DNA of 64,000 nt, taken from positions 4,427,947-4,491,946 of the forward strand of contig OZ244152.1 of NCBI GenBank assembly GCA_965216125.1, read 5' to 3'. The DNA comes from Candidatus Multivorans sp. (GTDB lineage: Bacteria; Acidobacteriota; Thermoanaerobaculia; Multivoradales; Multivoraceae). Positions 44,230 through 53,316 of the stretch are shown in pieces (positions within the stretch are counted from its first letter, which is position 1; every line of letters begins with the position of its first letter). A model generated the notes under the pieces. That model ran no database searches and had not been told where the DNA came from. It saw nothing but the letters and a program-made list of their open reading frames with translations. The translations under genes were made by a program, and so were the position numbers.

Positions 44230-44990
44230 TCCTTGCCGGTCTGGGACTCCCACCACCAGCGTCCGCCGCGGGCGCCTTCACCGGGCCGCGAGGGCCGCGT
44301 GCACGGTGCGCACCCGATCGTCCGGTAGCCGCGGTCGTAGAGCGGGTGGTACGGGACTCCCTGCTCGTGGATGTACGTCCAGACCTGATCCTCGGTCCAG
44401 TCGAGCAACGGGCAAACCTTGACCAGACGCCCCCTGGTCCGAGTCACCCGGTCGACCTCCACCTTGTTCAGAACATCCCGGGTCGGCGTCTGGTCGCGGC
44501 GAAGGCCGCTGAGCCAGGCCGGCGTGCGCGCCAGGGCCCGGCGCATCGGTTCCACCTTGCGCACGTTGCAGCAACGCTGCCTCCCGGCGACCGAGGCGTA
44601 GAAGAGATTCGGTCCCTCCTGCCGGACCAGGCGCGCAACTTCGGAGGCGCGCGGCGCCACCATCTCGACCTCGACGCCGTAGTGCAACCGCACGTGCTCG
44701 ATGTGCCGGTACGTATCCTCCGGCAGGCGGCCGGTGTCGAGCGTCACCGCGCGAACCGGCAGACCGAGCTGATGACACATATGAAGGAGGATCATGCCCT
44801 CCGCCTGAAACGACGTGGCCAGGGTCAACTCGCGGCCCCAGCGCCCGTGGGCCCAACGGAGCACCTGTTCGGGCGTCGCCGGTTCCAGCTCCATCGCCCA
44901 GCCGAGTACGCAGAGGTCGCCGTCGGCGGCCTGGCCCGGAAAGTCCAGAACGGCGCCGCCGAGGTCGCTCGGATGTGCTTCCTGCTGCAT
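44199..44990 (-). CDS. cysH: Phosphoadenosine phosphosulfate / APS reductase (thioredoxin-dependent, ECGLH motif)
   Basis: PAPS_reduct fold with C-terminal ECGLH. ATG at 44990 is preferred over TTG at 44999. Confidence 0.85.
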   Translation of the reverse strand: MQQEAHPSDLGGAVLDFPGQAADGDLCVLGWAMELEPATPEQVLRWAHGRWGRELTLATSFQAEGMILLHMCHQLGLPVRAVTLDTGRLPEDTYRHIEHVRLHYGVEVEMVAPRASEVARLVRQEGPNLFYASVAGRQRCCNVRKVEPMRRALARTPAWLSGLRRDQTPTRDVLNKVEVDRVTRTRGRLVKVCPLLDWTEDQVWTYIHEQGVPYHPLYDRGYRTIGCAPCTRPSRPGEGARGGRWWWESQTGKECGLHVLQPR

Positions 44991-45014
44991 TTGTGACAAA
45001 TACGATCACAAATG
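44988..45014. promoter_or_regulatory. 27-bp perfect inverted repeat CATTTGTGA-N9-TCACAAATG overlapping the cysH start codon; candidate operator
   Basis: The arms are exact reverse complements. It is AT-rich in a GC-rich genome and is followed by GTTGCAAC and GGGGCGCCCC palindromes. Confidence 0.4.
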
Positions 45015-45070
45015 TCTTTTGGTTGCAACGCAACGACCTGCGGGGCGCCCCGAGGGGGCCAAAACGGTGG

Positions 45071-46228
45071 TTACAACGCCCGCAGCGTCGCCGCCAAGGC
45101 CTCCAGATCCGAGCTGTCGTTGTAGACCTGAGGCGCAACCCGGATCGCCGTACCCCGAACCGACACGAAGACCCGGGCCTGCCGGAGGGCCGCCGCGGTG
45201 GCGTCCGCGTCCAGGCCGCGGCGGGACCGCAATCCGAACAGATGCGCGCCGCGCCACGCCCGATCCTCCAGCTCGAAACCCGCCTCGCTGAAGGCGTCCT
45301 CGAACGGTTCGAGCAGTTTCACGCAGTACTCCTGGATGCGCTCCGGGCGCCACTCGAGCACCATGTCCAGGGCGGCGTTCAGCATCGGCAACTGGATCTG
45401 GTTGCTGCGCTCGCCCACGTCGTAGCGCGCGGCGGCCGGCCGGTAGGACTCGACGTACTCGAGCCGCCCGGCGACGAACAACTCACTGCTTTCCCGGGCG
45501 GCCCAGGGCTCCTCCAGCGGAACGCCGTCGTCGTACCGCTCGCCGAACCACGCCAGACCGCTCTGGTACGGGCCGAACAGGGTCTTGTACCCGGCGACGA
45601 CCAGCGCGTCGGGCGCCACCTCCTCGATATCGAAGGGCATCGCGCCGATCGACTGCGTACCGTCGATGACGAACAGCGCGCCCACTTCGCGCGCCCGCCG
45701 CCCGACCGCCGCGACATCGAAGCGGGTGCCGTCCGCCCAGTGAACGACCGGCAGCGCAACGACCGCGGTGTCGCGATCGATCGCCTCCAGCAGCCGTTCG
45801 TTCCAGGCCGCGCCCGGGCTCGGATCCCCGGTCGCGGGCCGGTCCACCGCCCGCAGTTCCGCGCCGCTCTCCCCCGCCTTGCGCATCCACGCGTACACGT
45901 TGCTGGGGAACTGCTCGCCCAGGATGACGACGTTCTGCCCCCTGCCCACCGGAGCGTTGCGGGCCGCGGCCGCGATGCCATAGGACACCGCCGGGATGAT
46001 CGCGACCCGCCGCGGATCGGAACCCCCGATCAGCCGCGCGAAGCGCTCGCGCAGCGCGTCCGCCTGGTCGAAGAAATCGTCCGCGACGATCGTCGACGGG
46101 TCGCGCCGGCGCGCCATGCCCGCAAGCCCGGCCGCCTCGACTTCGCGCGCCAGGGGCGCCATGTAGGCGCAGTTCAGGTAGTGCAGGTCGGCCGGAAGCT
46201 GGAAGCGGTGTCGCTGGCAGTCGAGCAT
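45071..46228 (-). CDS. Class V aminotransferase-fold PLP enzyme (cysteine desulfurase / selenocysteine lyase-like)
   Basis: Aminotran_5 fold. Start ATG at 46228; the track N-terminal extension is a low-complexity shadow. Confidence 0.8.
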   Translation of the reverse strand: MLDCQRHRFQLPADLHYLNCAYMAPLAREVEAAGLAGMARRRDPSTIVADDFFDQADALRERFARLIGGSDPRRVAIIPAVSYGIAAAARNAPVGRGQNVVILGEQFPSNVYAWMRKAGESGAELRAVDRPATGDPSPGAAWNERLLEAIDRDTAVVALPVVHWADGTRFDVAAVGRRAREVGALFVIDGTQSIGAMPFDIEEVAPDALVVAGYKTLFGPYQSGLAWFGERYDDGVPLEEPWAARESSELFVAGRLEYVESYRPAAARYDVGERSNQIQLPMLNAALDMVLEWRPERIQEYCVKLLEPFEDAFSEAGFELEDRAWRGAHLFGLRSRRGLDADATAAALRQARVFVSVRGTAIRVAPQVYNDSSDLEALAATLRAL

Positions 46229-46254
46229 GGCCGGCGATCTTACGCGCGGCGCCG

Positions 46255-47571
46255 CTATGCGGCGGCCAGGGCGCGGTCGAGGTCGCGGATCAGGTCGTCC
46301 ACCGTCTCCAGGCCGATCGAGAGCCGCACCACCTCCGGCCCGGCGCCGGCGGCGGCGCGTTGCTCGTCGCTCAGTTGACGGTGGGTGGTCGAGGCCGGAT
46401 GGAGGATCAGGGAGCGCGCGTCGCCGACGTTCGCCAGGTGGGAGAAGAGGTCGCAAGCCTCCACGACCCGGATCCCGGCGTCGTAGCCGCCGCGGACGCC
46501 GAAAGTGAACACCGCGCCCCCGCCCTTCGGCAGGTACTTCGCGGCCAGGTCCCGGTAGGGGCTTTCGGGCAAGCCGGCGTACGACACCCACTCGACCTTC
46601 GGGTGCTCCCGCAGCCACTCGGCGACCTGCTGCGCGTTCCGGCAGTGACGCTCCATGCGCAGCGCCAGGGTCTCGATGCCGAGCAGGATCAGGAACGCGT
46701 TCATCGGCGCCATCGCGGCGCCCAGGTCGCGCAGGCCGACCGCGTGAGCATGGGTGGTGAACGCGAGATCGCCGAAGGTCTCGCTGAACTTCAGGCCGTG
46801 GTAGGCCGGTTCCGGTTCCGAGAGCCCGGGAAAGCGTCCGGAGGCAGCCCAGTCAAAGCGTCCGCTGTCGATCACGCCTCCGCCGATCACCGTGCCGTTG
46901 CCGGACAGGAACTTGGTCGCGGAGTGGACCACCAGGTCGGCGCCCCAGTCCATCGGCCGGCAGAGCCAGGGGGTGGCCAGCGTGTTGTCGACGATGAGCA
47001 CCGCGCCCGCCGCCCTGGTCAGCCCGGCCAGCGTCTCGAGATCCGAAACAACGCCGCCCGGGTTGGCCAGGCTCTCGACGAACAGCGCCTTGGCGCCCGC
47101 GTCCAGGGCCGCCTCGACCGCGGCCAGGTCGTCCGTGTCGACGAAGTCGCACCGCCAGTCGAACTTCTGGAACGTCCTGCTGAACTGGGTGATCGACCCG
47201 CCATAGAGCCGGCGCGACGCGGCGAACCGGGCGCCGGGCTCCATCAGGGGGAAGAACGCGAGGAGCTGGGCGGCGTGACCCGAGGCGCAGCAGGCGGCGC
47301 CGCGTCCGCCTTCCAGGCTCGCCAGCCGTTGCTCCAGCGCCGCGACCGTGGGGTTGCCCAGGCGCGAGTAGATGAACCCGAAGGTCTGGAGATTGAACAA
47401 CGAAGCGGCGTGGTCCACGTCGTGAAACGCATAGGCCGTGTTCTGGTAGATCGGCGTCTGCCGAGCGCCGGTGATCGGCTCGGGCGCGGCACCCGCGTGG
47501 ATCATCCGGGTTTCGAAGCCCCAACCGGGATCCGCCTTCCGGTCCGGGTCCCGCCCGGCTCGCCCGCTCAC
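46255..47571 (-). CDS. metY: O-acetylhomoserine / O-acetylserine sulfhydrylase (Cys/Met metabolism PLP enzyme)
   Basis: GFETR...HAG N-terminus and the PLP-lysine region SATKFLSGNG. The proposed GTG start at 47571 overlaps the upstream stop by 4 nt. Confidence 0.85.
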   Translation of the reverse strand: MSGRAGRDPDRKADPGWGFETRMIHAGAAPEPITGARQTPIYQNTAYAFHDVDHAASLFNLQTFGFIYSRLGNPTVAALEQRLASLEGGRGAACCASGHAAQLLAFFPLMEPGARFAASRRLYGGSITQFSRTFQKFDWRCDFVDTDDLAAVEAALDAGAKALFVESLANPGGVVSDLETLAGLTRAAGAVLIVDNTLATPWLCRPMDWGADLVVHSATKFLSGNGTVIGGGVIDSGRFDWAASGRFPGLSEPEPAYHGLKFSETFGDLAFTTHAHAVGLRDLGAAMAPMNAFLILLGIETLALRMERHCRNAQQVAEWLREHPKVEWVSYAGLPESPYRDLAAKYLPKGGGAVFTFGVRGGYDAGIRVVEACDLFSHLANVGDARSLILHPASTTHRQLSDEQRAAAGAGPEVVRLSIGLETVDDLIRDLDRALAAA

Positions 47572-48098
47572 CCGGACCCTCCGCGCCCAGGCGCCTGCAC
47601 CAGCCGCGGGCGCCGGCTGGAGATGACGCCGCTGTCGATGCCGCCCCAGCCCAGCTCGCCCCACAGCCGCCCGTACTCGATCTTCGGGCAGCGGTCCATG
47701 ATCACCGTGAGCCCGGCGGCCTCCGCCTCGGCCGCGGCTTCGTCGTTGCGCACGCCGAGCTGCATCCAGACCACCTCGATGCGCTTCTCCTCCCGCAGCC
47801 GGATGGCCTCCCGGGTCGTCTCCAGGGCCGCGTCCGAGCTGCGGAAGACGTCGACCATGTCCACCGGCGCCGGCGCCTCGGCCAGGGACGCGCAGGCCCG
47901 CTCGCCCAGGATCGAAACCCCTTGAGCCGCCGCCCGGGGATTCACCGGAATCACGCGGTAGCCCTTCTCCTGCAGGTACTTCATGGCGAAGTTCGAGGGC
48001 CGCTTCCAGTTCGGCGACGCGCCCACCATGGCGATCGTCCGCACCCGGCGGAGGATGCCGGCGATCAGGGCGTCGCTGTAGCGCAGGGCGGAGGCCAC
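47568..48098 (-). CDS. CoA-binding domain protein (YccU/YneT-like)
   Basis: CoA_binding_2 fold, 176 aa. Confidence 0.8.
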   Translation of the reverse strand: MASALRYSDALIAGILRRVRTIAMVGASPNWKRPSNFAMKYLQEKGYRVIPVNPRAAAQGVSILGERACASLAEAPAPVDMVDVFRSSDAALETTREAIRLREEKRIEVVWMQLGVRNDEAAAEAEAAGLTVIMDRCPKIEYGRLWGELGWGGIDSGVISSRRPRLVQAPGRGGSG

Positions 48099-48232
48099 GG
48101 CGCGGATGTTAGCGCCGGTGGCGTCGAGTACTCTGACGCCCTGAGTCGCGAGTTCGCCCGCAGCTCGTTCGCCGCGTCCCAGAGCTGCGTTTCGATCCCT
48201 CCGTTCTGCGTTATCGGCTGTAGTCTAGGGCC

Positions 48233-49255
48233 ATGGCTGATGGTGTCGCTGCAGTTCTTCCCAACCTGGAGGGCGAGGGGACTGACCCCCGAGAAGCTGC
48301 CGCCGGGCCGGTGGGCGCCCAGCTCGACGCTGACGGCTGGCGGCTCGACCTCACAGACTTCCCCGGTTGCGAGGCGGTCCGGATCCCGCGGGAGAAGATC
48401 GAAGATCACGAAGGCCGGGTCGAGTACTGGGACAGCCGGACCGAGACGGCGATGGTGGTTTGCGAGACGACTCTGTTCCACGAACGGCCCTCCCAACGCC
48501 TGGCGAGGCTGGCCGAACGGGTCGCCGCTTCGAGCGGGTCCCTGATCGAGACGTTCGGGACGACGGACCTGGTGCGGTTCTTCGCCAGCGGCAAGATGAA
48601 GGTGCTCATGCAGGCGGACCAGATCGTGTACGTCAACCCGCCGGCCGCGGTCGGACTGAGCCCGAGAGTCGACGTAGACGGAGGCGATCTGCCGGATGTC
48701 GTCCTGGAAGTCGACCATTCCACCGATGTCCGGCGCGGCAAGTTGCCGCGTTACGAGGCATGGGGCTTCCCGGAGGTCTGGGTCGACGTGCCCGACGAGC
48801 GTGCGGTAAGCCGCCCTAGGTCGCGCAGATCGGGGCTCACGATCCACCTTCTCGAAAACGGCCGGTTCGAGAGCACACCGTCCAGTCGCGCCTTCCCCGG
48901 CTGGACGGCGGAGGAGATCCACCGCGCTCTCAACGAGCACCTGCCCAGCGACCACACGATGACCGTGCTGCGCCGGGTGGGTCGCGCCCTGGGCGCACGC
49001 GAAGGGACGGGCCCCGACCAGGATCGGTGGCTGCGGTACGAGCGCGACGAGAGCCGGGCGGAAGGCCGGGCGGAAGGCCGGGCGGAAGGCATGATCGCCG
49101 CGGTGGCAGCTCTGCTCGAGAGCCGCGGCGTAGCCGTCGACGCCGACCTCGCGGCGCGTCTGGCCGTCTTCGGCGACAAGTCGCCGGTCGAACTGATGCG
49201 GGCGGCGCAAGAGTGCGGGAGCGCGGAAGACCTGCTGCAGCGACTGAGCGATTGA
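48233..49255 (+). CDS. Uma2-family (DUF820) PD-(D/E)XK endonuclease with a DUF4351-like C-terminal tail carrying EGRAEGRAEG repeats
   Basis: PDVVLEVDHST...K catalytic core, then (A/S)EGR repeats and a helical tail. Confidence 0.7.
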   Translation: MADGVAAVLPNLEGEGTDPREAAAGPVGAQLDADGWRLDLTDFPGCEAVRIPREKIEDHEGRVEYWDSRTETAMVVCETTLFHERPSQRLARLAERVAASSGSLIETFGTTDLVRFFASGKMKVLMQADQIVYVNPPAAVGLSPRVDVDGGDLPDVVLEVDHSTDVRRGKLPRYEAWGFPEVWVDVPDERAVSRPRSRRSGLTIHLLENGRFESTPSSRAFPGWTAEEIHRALNEHLPSDHTMTVLRRVGRALGAREGTGPDQDRWLRYERDESRAEGRAEGRAEGMIAAVAALLESRGVAVDADLAARLAVFGDKSPVELMRAAQECGSAEDLLQRLSD

Positions 49256-49283
49256 CACGCGGCAGGCGCGTCCGGTTCCTACA

Positions 49284-49309
49284 CCGCAACGCAGCAACCC
49301 CCGTTGCGG
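49284..49309. terminator. 8-bp stem hairpin CCGCAACG-N10-CGTTGCGG between convergent genes
   Basis: Lies between the Uma2 stop at 49255 and the reverse-strand gene end at 49316. Confidence 0.35.
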
Positions 49310-49315
49310 CCGCTC

Positions 49316-50485
49316 CTATCTCGGCGGATGTCTGGCCAGCGCCTCTTCGTCCGGCTCCGTACCCCAGCCGGGCCTCCCAGGCACGACCAGATAGCCGCCT
49401 TCCTCGAACTCGGGCTCGTGGGTGAATATCTCGCCGTCCCACGGCAGCCGGTCGATGTCCGTCTCCATGATCCGCAGGTTCGGCACCGCGGCGCTCATGT
49501 GGGCGTTCATCATCGTCGCCAGGTGGCCGTAGTAGTTGTGCGGCGCCACGTTGACCTCGTAGGCGGCCGCCAGGGCGGCAATCTTCATCGACTGCCAGAC
49601 GCCGTTCCAGACCGCGTCGATGATCGCCACGTCGACCGCCTCGGCGCGCAGGTACGGCAGGAAGGCGGCGCTCCCGATCAGGGTCTCACAGGAGCTGATC
49701 GGGTGCGCGCTCTCCTGCCGCACCGTCGCCAGTCCGTCCGCTGAGGGCGTGTCGATCTCCACCCAGAAAAGATCGAGATCCGCGAGCGCCCGCACGATCT
49801 GGCGGTAGCCCGAGATCTTGGCGTTGAAGTTGAGGTCGAGCAGGATGTCGACGTCGGGCCCGGCCCCCTCGCGCAGCGCTTCGAGGTGCCGACGCAGGTT
49901 CGAAATGACCTTGCGGTCGACGTTCTGGCCTGGGTCGAACGGGCGGCCGAAGCCGGGCGCCCAGCCGCGCGGCGAACCGCTGCTGTAGTCGAAGATGTTC
50001 GTCTTGAGCGCGGTGAAGCCGCGTTCGCGGACCTCCGCGCCGAGCGCCACGACGCCGTCGATGTCGGCAATCGCGTTCCCGTAGACCTGCGGCAGCGCGA
50101 TCCGCCAGGTCGCGCAGTGCGACCAGTACACGCGTACCCGGTCCCGCACCCGTCCACCGAGCAGGTCGCAGCAGGGGACGCCCAGCTCCTTGGCCCGGGC
50201 GTCGAGTACCGCGTTCTCGATCGCGCCGATCGCCATCGCCATGACACCCGACATCGACTGCCGCGCACGGGTCAGCAGGCGCTGGTAGATCCGCTCCAGG
50301 TCGGCGACCCGCATGCCCACGACCAGCTCCCCCAACTGCTCGATCACCGTGGTGACGCCGAGCGCGCCCTGGTGCTGGTCGTACTCGCTCCAGCCGACGA
50401 TTCCATCGTCGGTGGTGAGCTTCACGAAGTGGTAGTTCCGCCACCCCGCGTCGCAGTGGCGGGTTTCGATCTTGGCGACCTTCAT
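49316..50485 (-). CDS. Enolase-superfamily mandelate racemase / muconate-lactonizing-enzyme-like dehydratase
   Basis: MR_MLE N and C domains. ATG at 50485; ATGA coupling with the upstream gene. Confidence 0.85.
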   Translation of the reverse strand: MKVAKIETRHCDAGWRNYHFVKLTTDDGIVGWSEYDQHQGALGVTTVIEQLGELVVGMRVADLERIYQRLLTRARQSMSGVMAMAIGAIENAVLDARAKELGVPCCDLLGGRVRDRVRVYWSHCATWRIALPQVYGNAIADIDGVVALGAEVRERGFTALKTNIFDYSSGSPRGWAPGFGRPFDPGQNVDRKVISNLRRHLEALREGAGPDVDILLDLNFNAKISGYRQIVRALADLDLFWVEIDTPSADGLATVRQESAHPISSCETLIGSAAFLPYLRAEAVDVAIIDAVWNGVWQSMKIAALAAAYEVNVAPHNYYGHLATMMNAHMSAAVPNLRIMETDIDRLPWDGEIFTHEPEFEEGGYLVVPGRPGWGTEPDEEALARHPPR

Positions 50486-51669
50486 GGGGTGCTCCTCTCC
50501 GTGGGCGAATGATCGCCGAGCCACTCGGCGACGACCTCTTCCGTATCGCGGCCAAGTTCGCAGCTCGGTTCGAGCGGGCCGGACGACTGACCGTCGAAGC
50601 GTAGCGGGCTCGTCGGCAGGGTGACCTCGCCCAGCGTCGGGTGGTCGAGGGTCTCCAGGAAACCGCGCTCCAGCAGGTGCGGATCCGCGTTCACCTCGGC
50701 CAGATCGCGCACCGGCGCGCACGGCACGTGGCAGTCGCGGGCGGCCCGGCAGACCTCCGCCCGGCTTCTGGTCGCGGTCCAGGCGGAGACCACGTCTTCC
50801 GCCTCCTCCATGTGGGCCACGCGCGCCTCGTTGTTCTCAAAGCGCGGATCGGAGGCCAGTTCCTCCCGACCCATCGCCTGCAGCAGGTTCCGCCAGTGCC
50901 CCTCGTTGACGCAGATGATGGCCACGAAACCGTCGTTGCACGGGTAGACGTCGTACGGGGAGACCCGGCCGTGCCGGTTGCCGATCCGTTCCGGAGGCCG
51001 GCCGTCGTTGTGCATCAGGGCGAGCTTCGAGAGCATGCTCGGGTAGACCGCCTCCTGCATCGCCACTTCGACCAGACGTCCCCGGCCGGTCCGCTCGCGC
51101 TCGTAGAGAGCGCTGACGACTCCTCCGTACAGATGGACGCCGCCGAGGAAGTCGATCAGCGCCGGCCCGGCCTTGAGTGGCGGGCGCCCGGCCTCGCCGG
51201 TGATGCTCATCACGCCGGAAGACGCCTGCACCGTGATGTCCATGCCCAGGCGGTCCCGATCCGGGCCGCTCAGACCGTACGCGGTGCCCGAGGCGTAGAT
51301 CAGCCGCGGGTTGAGTTCCCGCAGCCGTTCCCAGCCGACGCCGAGTCGGTCCAGCACGCCGGGCGCGAAGTTCTCGACCAGCATGTCGGCGACCGTCGCC
51401 AGCCGGCGCAGCAGGTCCCGCCCGTCCTCCACCTTGAGGTCGCAGACCACCGAACGCTTGTTCGAGTTCAGGAACGCGAGCGGGAACGACGGCGGCCCGC
51501 CGTGGACCTCCCGGCGGCGTAGCGGCTCCCCGCCAGGCGGTTCGACCTTGACCACGTCGGCCCCGGCCTGGGCAAGCAGGAAGCCGGCGTACGGCCCCTG
51601 GTAGATCTGCCCCAGGTCGAGGACGCGAACTCCCGCAAGAGGCTTCGGAGCCTGTGATTCACCGCTCAC
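50482..51669 (-). CDS. Family III CoA-transferase (CaiB/BaiF)
   Basis: GVRVLDLG N-terminus and the catalytic Asp region. Confidence 0.85.
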   Translation of the reverse strand: MSGESQAPKPLAGVRVLDLGQIYQGPYAGFLLAQAGADVVKVEPPGGEPLRRREVHGGPPSFPLAFLNSNKRSVVCDLKVEDGRDLLRRLATVADMLVENFAPGVLDRLGVGWERLRELNPRLIYASGTAYGLSGPDRDRLGMDITVQASSGVMSITGEAGRPPLKAGPALIDFLGGVHLYGGVVSALYERERTGRGRLVEVAMQEAVYPSMLSKLALMHNDGRPPERIGNRHGRVSPYDVYPCNDGFVAIICVNEGHWRNLLQAMGREELASDPRFENNEARVAHMEEAEDVVSAWTATRSRAEVCRAARDCHVPCAPVRDLAEVNADPHLLERGFLETLDHPTLGEVTLPTSPLRFDGQSSGPLEPSCELGRDTEEVVAEWLGDHSPTERSTP

Positions 51670-51685
51670 GGCGCCGCCCGGATCC

Positions 51686-52852
51686 TCAGTGGAAGGAACC
51701 GCCGATGATGTCGCGCGCGACGATCAAGCGCTGGATCTCGTTCGGGCCCTCGCCCACCCGCCGGATGCGGAGTTCCCGGTACCAGCGTTCGAGCGGCAGG
51801 TCCTTCGTCATGCCGTAGCCGCCGTGGATCTGCATGGCGCGGTCGACCACCCGGCTCGCCCCCTCGCTCGCCACCAGCTTGCAGATCGCCGCCTCGGTTC
51901 TGAATGGCTTGCCGGCATCGGCGCGCGCGGCCGCCTCCAGGGTCAACGCCCTGGCGGTGCGCAGATCGATCTCGTTGTCGACGATCATCCACTGCACCGC
52001 CTGCCGGGTCGACAGGTAGTCGCCAAACGTCTTGCGCGTCCTGGCGTAGGCGATCGCCATCTCCTGGGCCTTGAGCGCCACGCCCACGCAACCCGCCGCA
52101 TACGGGATCCGGTTGCGGCTCAAGCGGTCGTTGGCGATCGCGAAGCCCTGGTTCACCTCGCCCAGCACGTTGCGGCCAGGCACCCGCACCCGGTTGAACT
52201 CGAGTTCCGCCGCGTAGTGCGTCGAACGCAGGGTGTGGATGATGCGGCGGACGCGGAAGCCCGGCATGTCCGTGTCGACCAGGAAGCAGGTGATCCCCTT
52301 GCGCCCGAGTTCGGGATCGGTGCGCGCGAAGACGATGCCGAAGTCCGCCTTGTCGGCGCCGGAGATGAAGGTCTTCTCGCCGTCGATGATCCAGTCGTCG
52401 CCGTCGCGCACCGCCGTGGTGCGGATCGCGCGGGCCGGGTCGCTGCCGCCCGAGGGCTCGGTCAGCGCGAAGTAGCCGCGCTTCTCGCCCCGCAGCACGG
52501 GATAGAGATAGCGCTCCTTCTGGTCGTCGTCCGCCTCGTACAACTGGGCCAGACCGGCGCCGCCGAAGACGCCGTAGCAGGGCGCGTAGAGGCCGGCCCG
52601 GTGCTGCGCCATCTCGAACGCCATCAACGTCCTGGTCACCAGATCGATGCCGGGGCCGCCGTACTCCTCCGGGATGTCCAGGCCGTAGAAGCCGAGTTCC
52701 TTCGTCATCGCCACCAGGCGCTCGCGATGGTGCGGCGGAAGTTCGCCGGCGTCCGGGTCGAGGTCGACCTCGAGCGGCACGATCTCCTCGTGCACGAAGC
52801 GGCGCACGGTCTCCAGGATCAGCTTCTGTTCGGTACTGAGTTCAAAGTCCAC
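51686..52852 (-). CDS. Acyl-CoA dehydrogenase
   Basis: ACAD N, M and C domains. Confidence 0.9.
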   Translation of the reverse strand: MDFELSTEQKLILETVRRFVHEEIVPLEVDLDPDAGELPPHHRERLVAMTKELGFYGLDIPEEYGGPGIDLVTRTLMAFEMAQHRAGLYAPCYGVFGGAGLAQLYEADDDQKERYLYPVLRGEKRGYFALTEPSGGSDPARAIRTTAVRDGDDWIIDGEKTFISGADKADFGIVFARTDPELGRKGITCFLVDTDMPGFRVRRIIHTLRSTHYAAELEFNRVRVPGRNVLGEVNQGFAIANDRLSRNRIPYAAGCVGVALKAQEMAIAYARTRKTFGDYLSTRQAVQWMIVDNEIDLRTARALTLEAAARADAGKPFRTEAAICKLVASEGASRVVDRAMQIHGGYGMTKDLPLERWYRELRIRRVGEGPNEIQRLIVARDIIGGSFH

Positions 52853-52856
52853 CGGC

Positions 52857-53216
52857 TTACCTCCCAGGCGCCGCGATCCGGCCGACGCCTATCCGGCCGA
52901 CGCGCCGCTCGCCGCGGTCCGCGTTGCCCGGCGGCAACTCGCCGTGGTCGGCGAAGTAGACGGCGAGCAACTCCTCGAAGCGGCTCCAGTACTGCATGGT
53001 CACTTCGTACCGGAACCGCGCCGCCCCCTCATGCTTCGCGGCCGTCTCCGCGACGGCGCTGCGCAGCCCGAAGCGGGACCGCCCGCCCGCGAAGCCCAGC
53101 TCCAGGGCGCCGCCTTCCGCGTCACCGATCTCGAACACACCCAACTGCCCGGGCAGCGCGGCGATCGCGGCATCGTCCAACTCGCGCCAGGGTTTCGTCA
53201 GCCGGACCTCGGTCAT
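52857..53216 (-). CDS. Hypothetical small protein (119 aa) between ACAD and CoA-transferase genes
   Basis: ORF only; no recognised domain. Confidence 0.35.
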   Translation of the reverse strand: MTEVRLTKPWRELDDAAIAALPGQLGVFEIGDAEGGALELGFAGGRSRFGLRSAVAETAAKHEGAARFRYEVTMQYWSRFEELLAVYFADHGELPPGNADRGERRVGRIGVGRIAAPGR

Positions 53217-53316
53217 CGGCCGGGATGGTATCCCGCACTCCGGGGTCGCGGCCCTGTGTCACAATCCCGACCGCTCTGGACACAACCCGCCAACCTCCGC
53301 GCGGCGAGAAGCCGGC

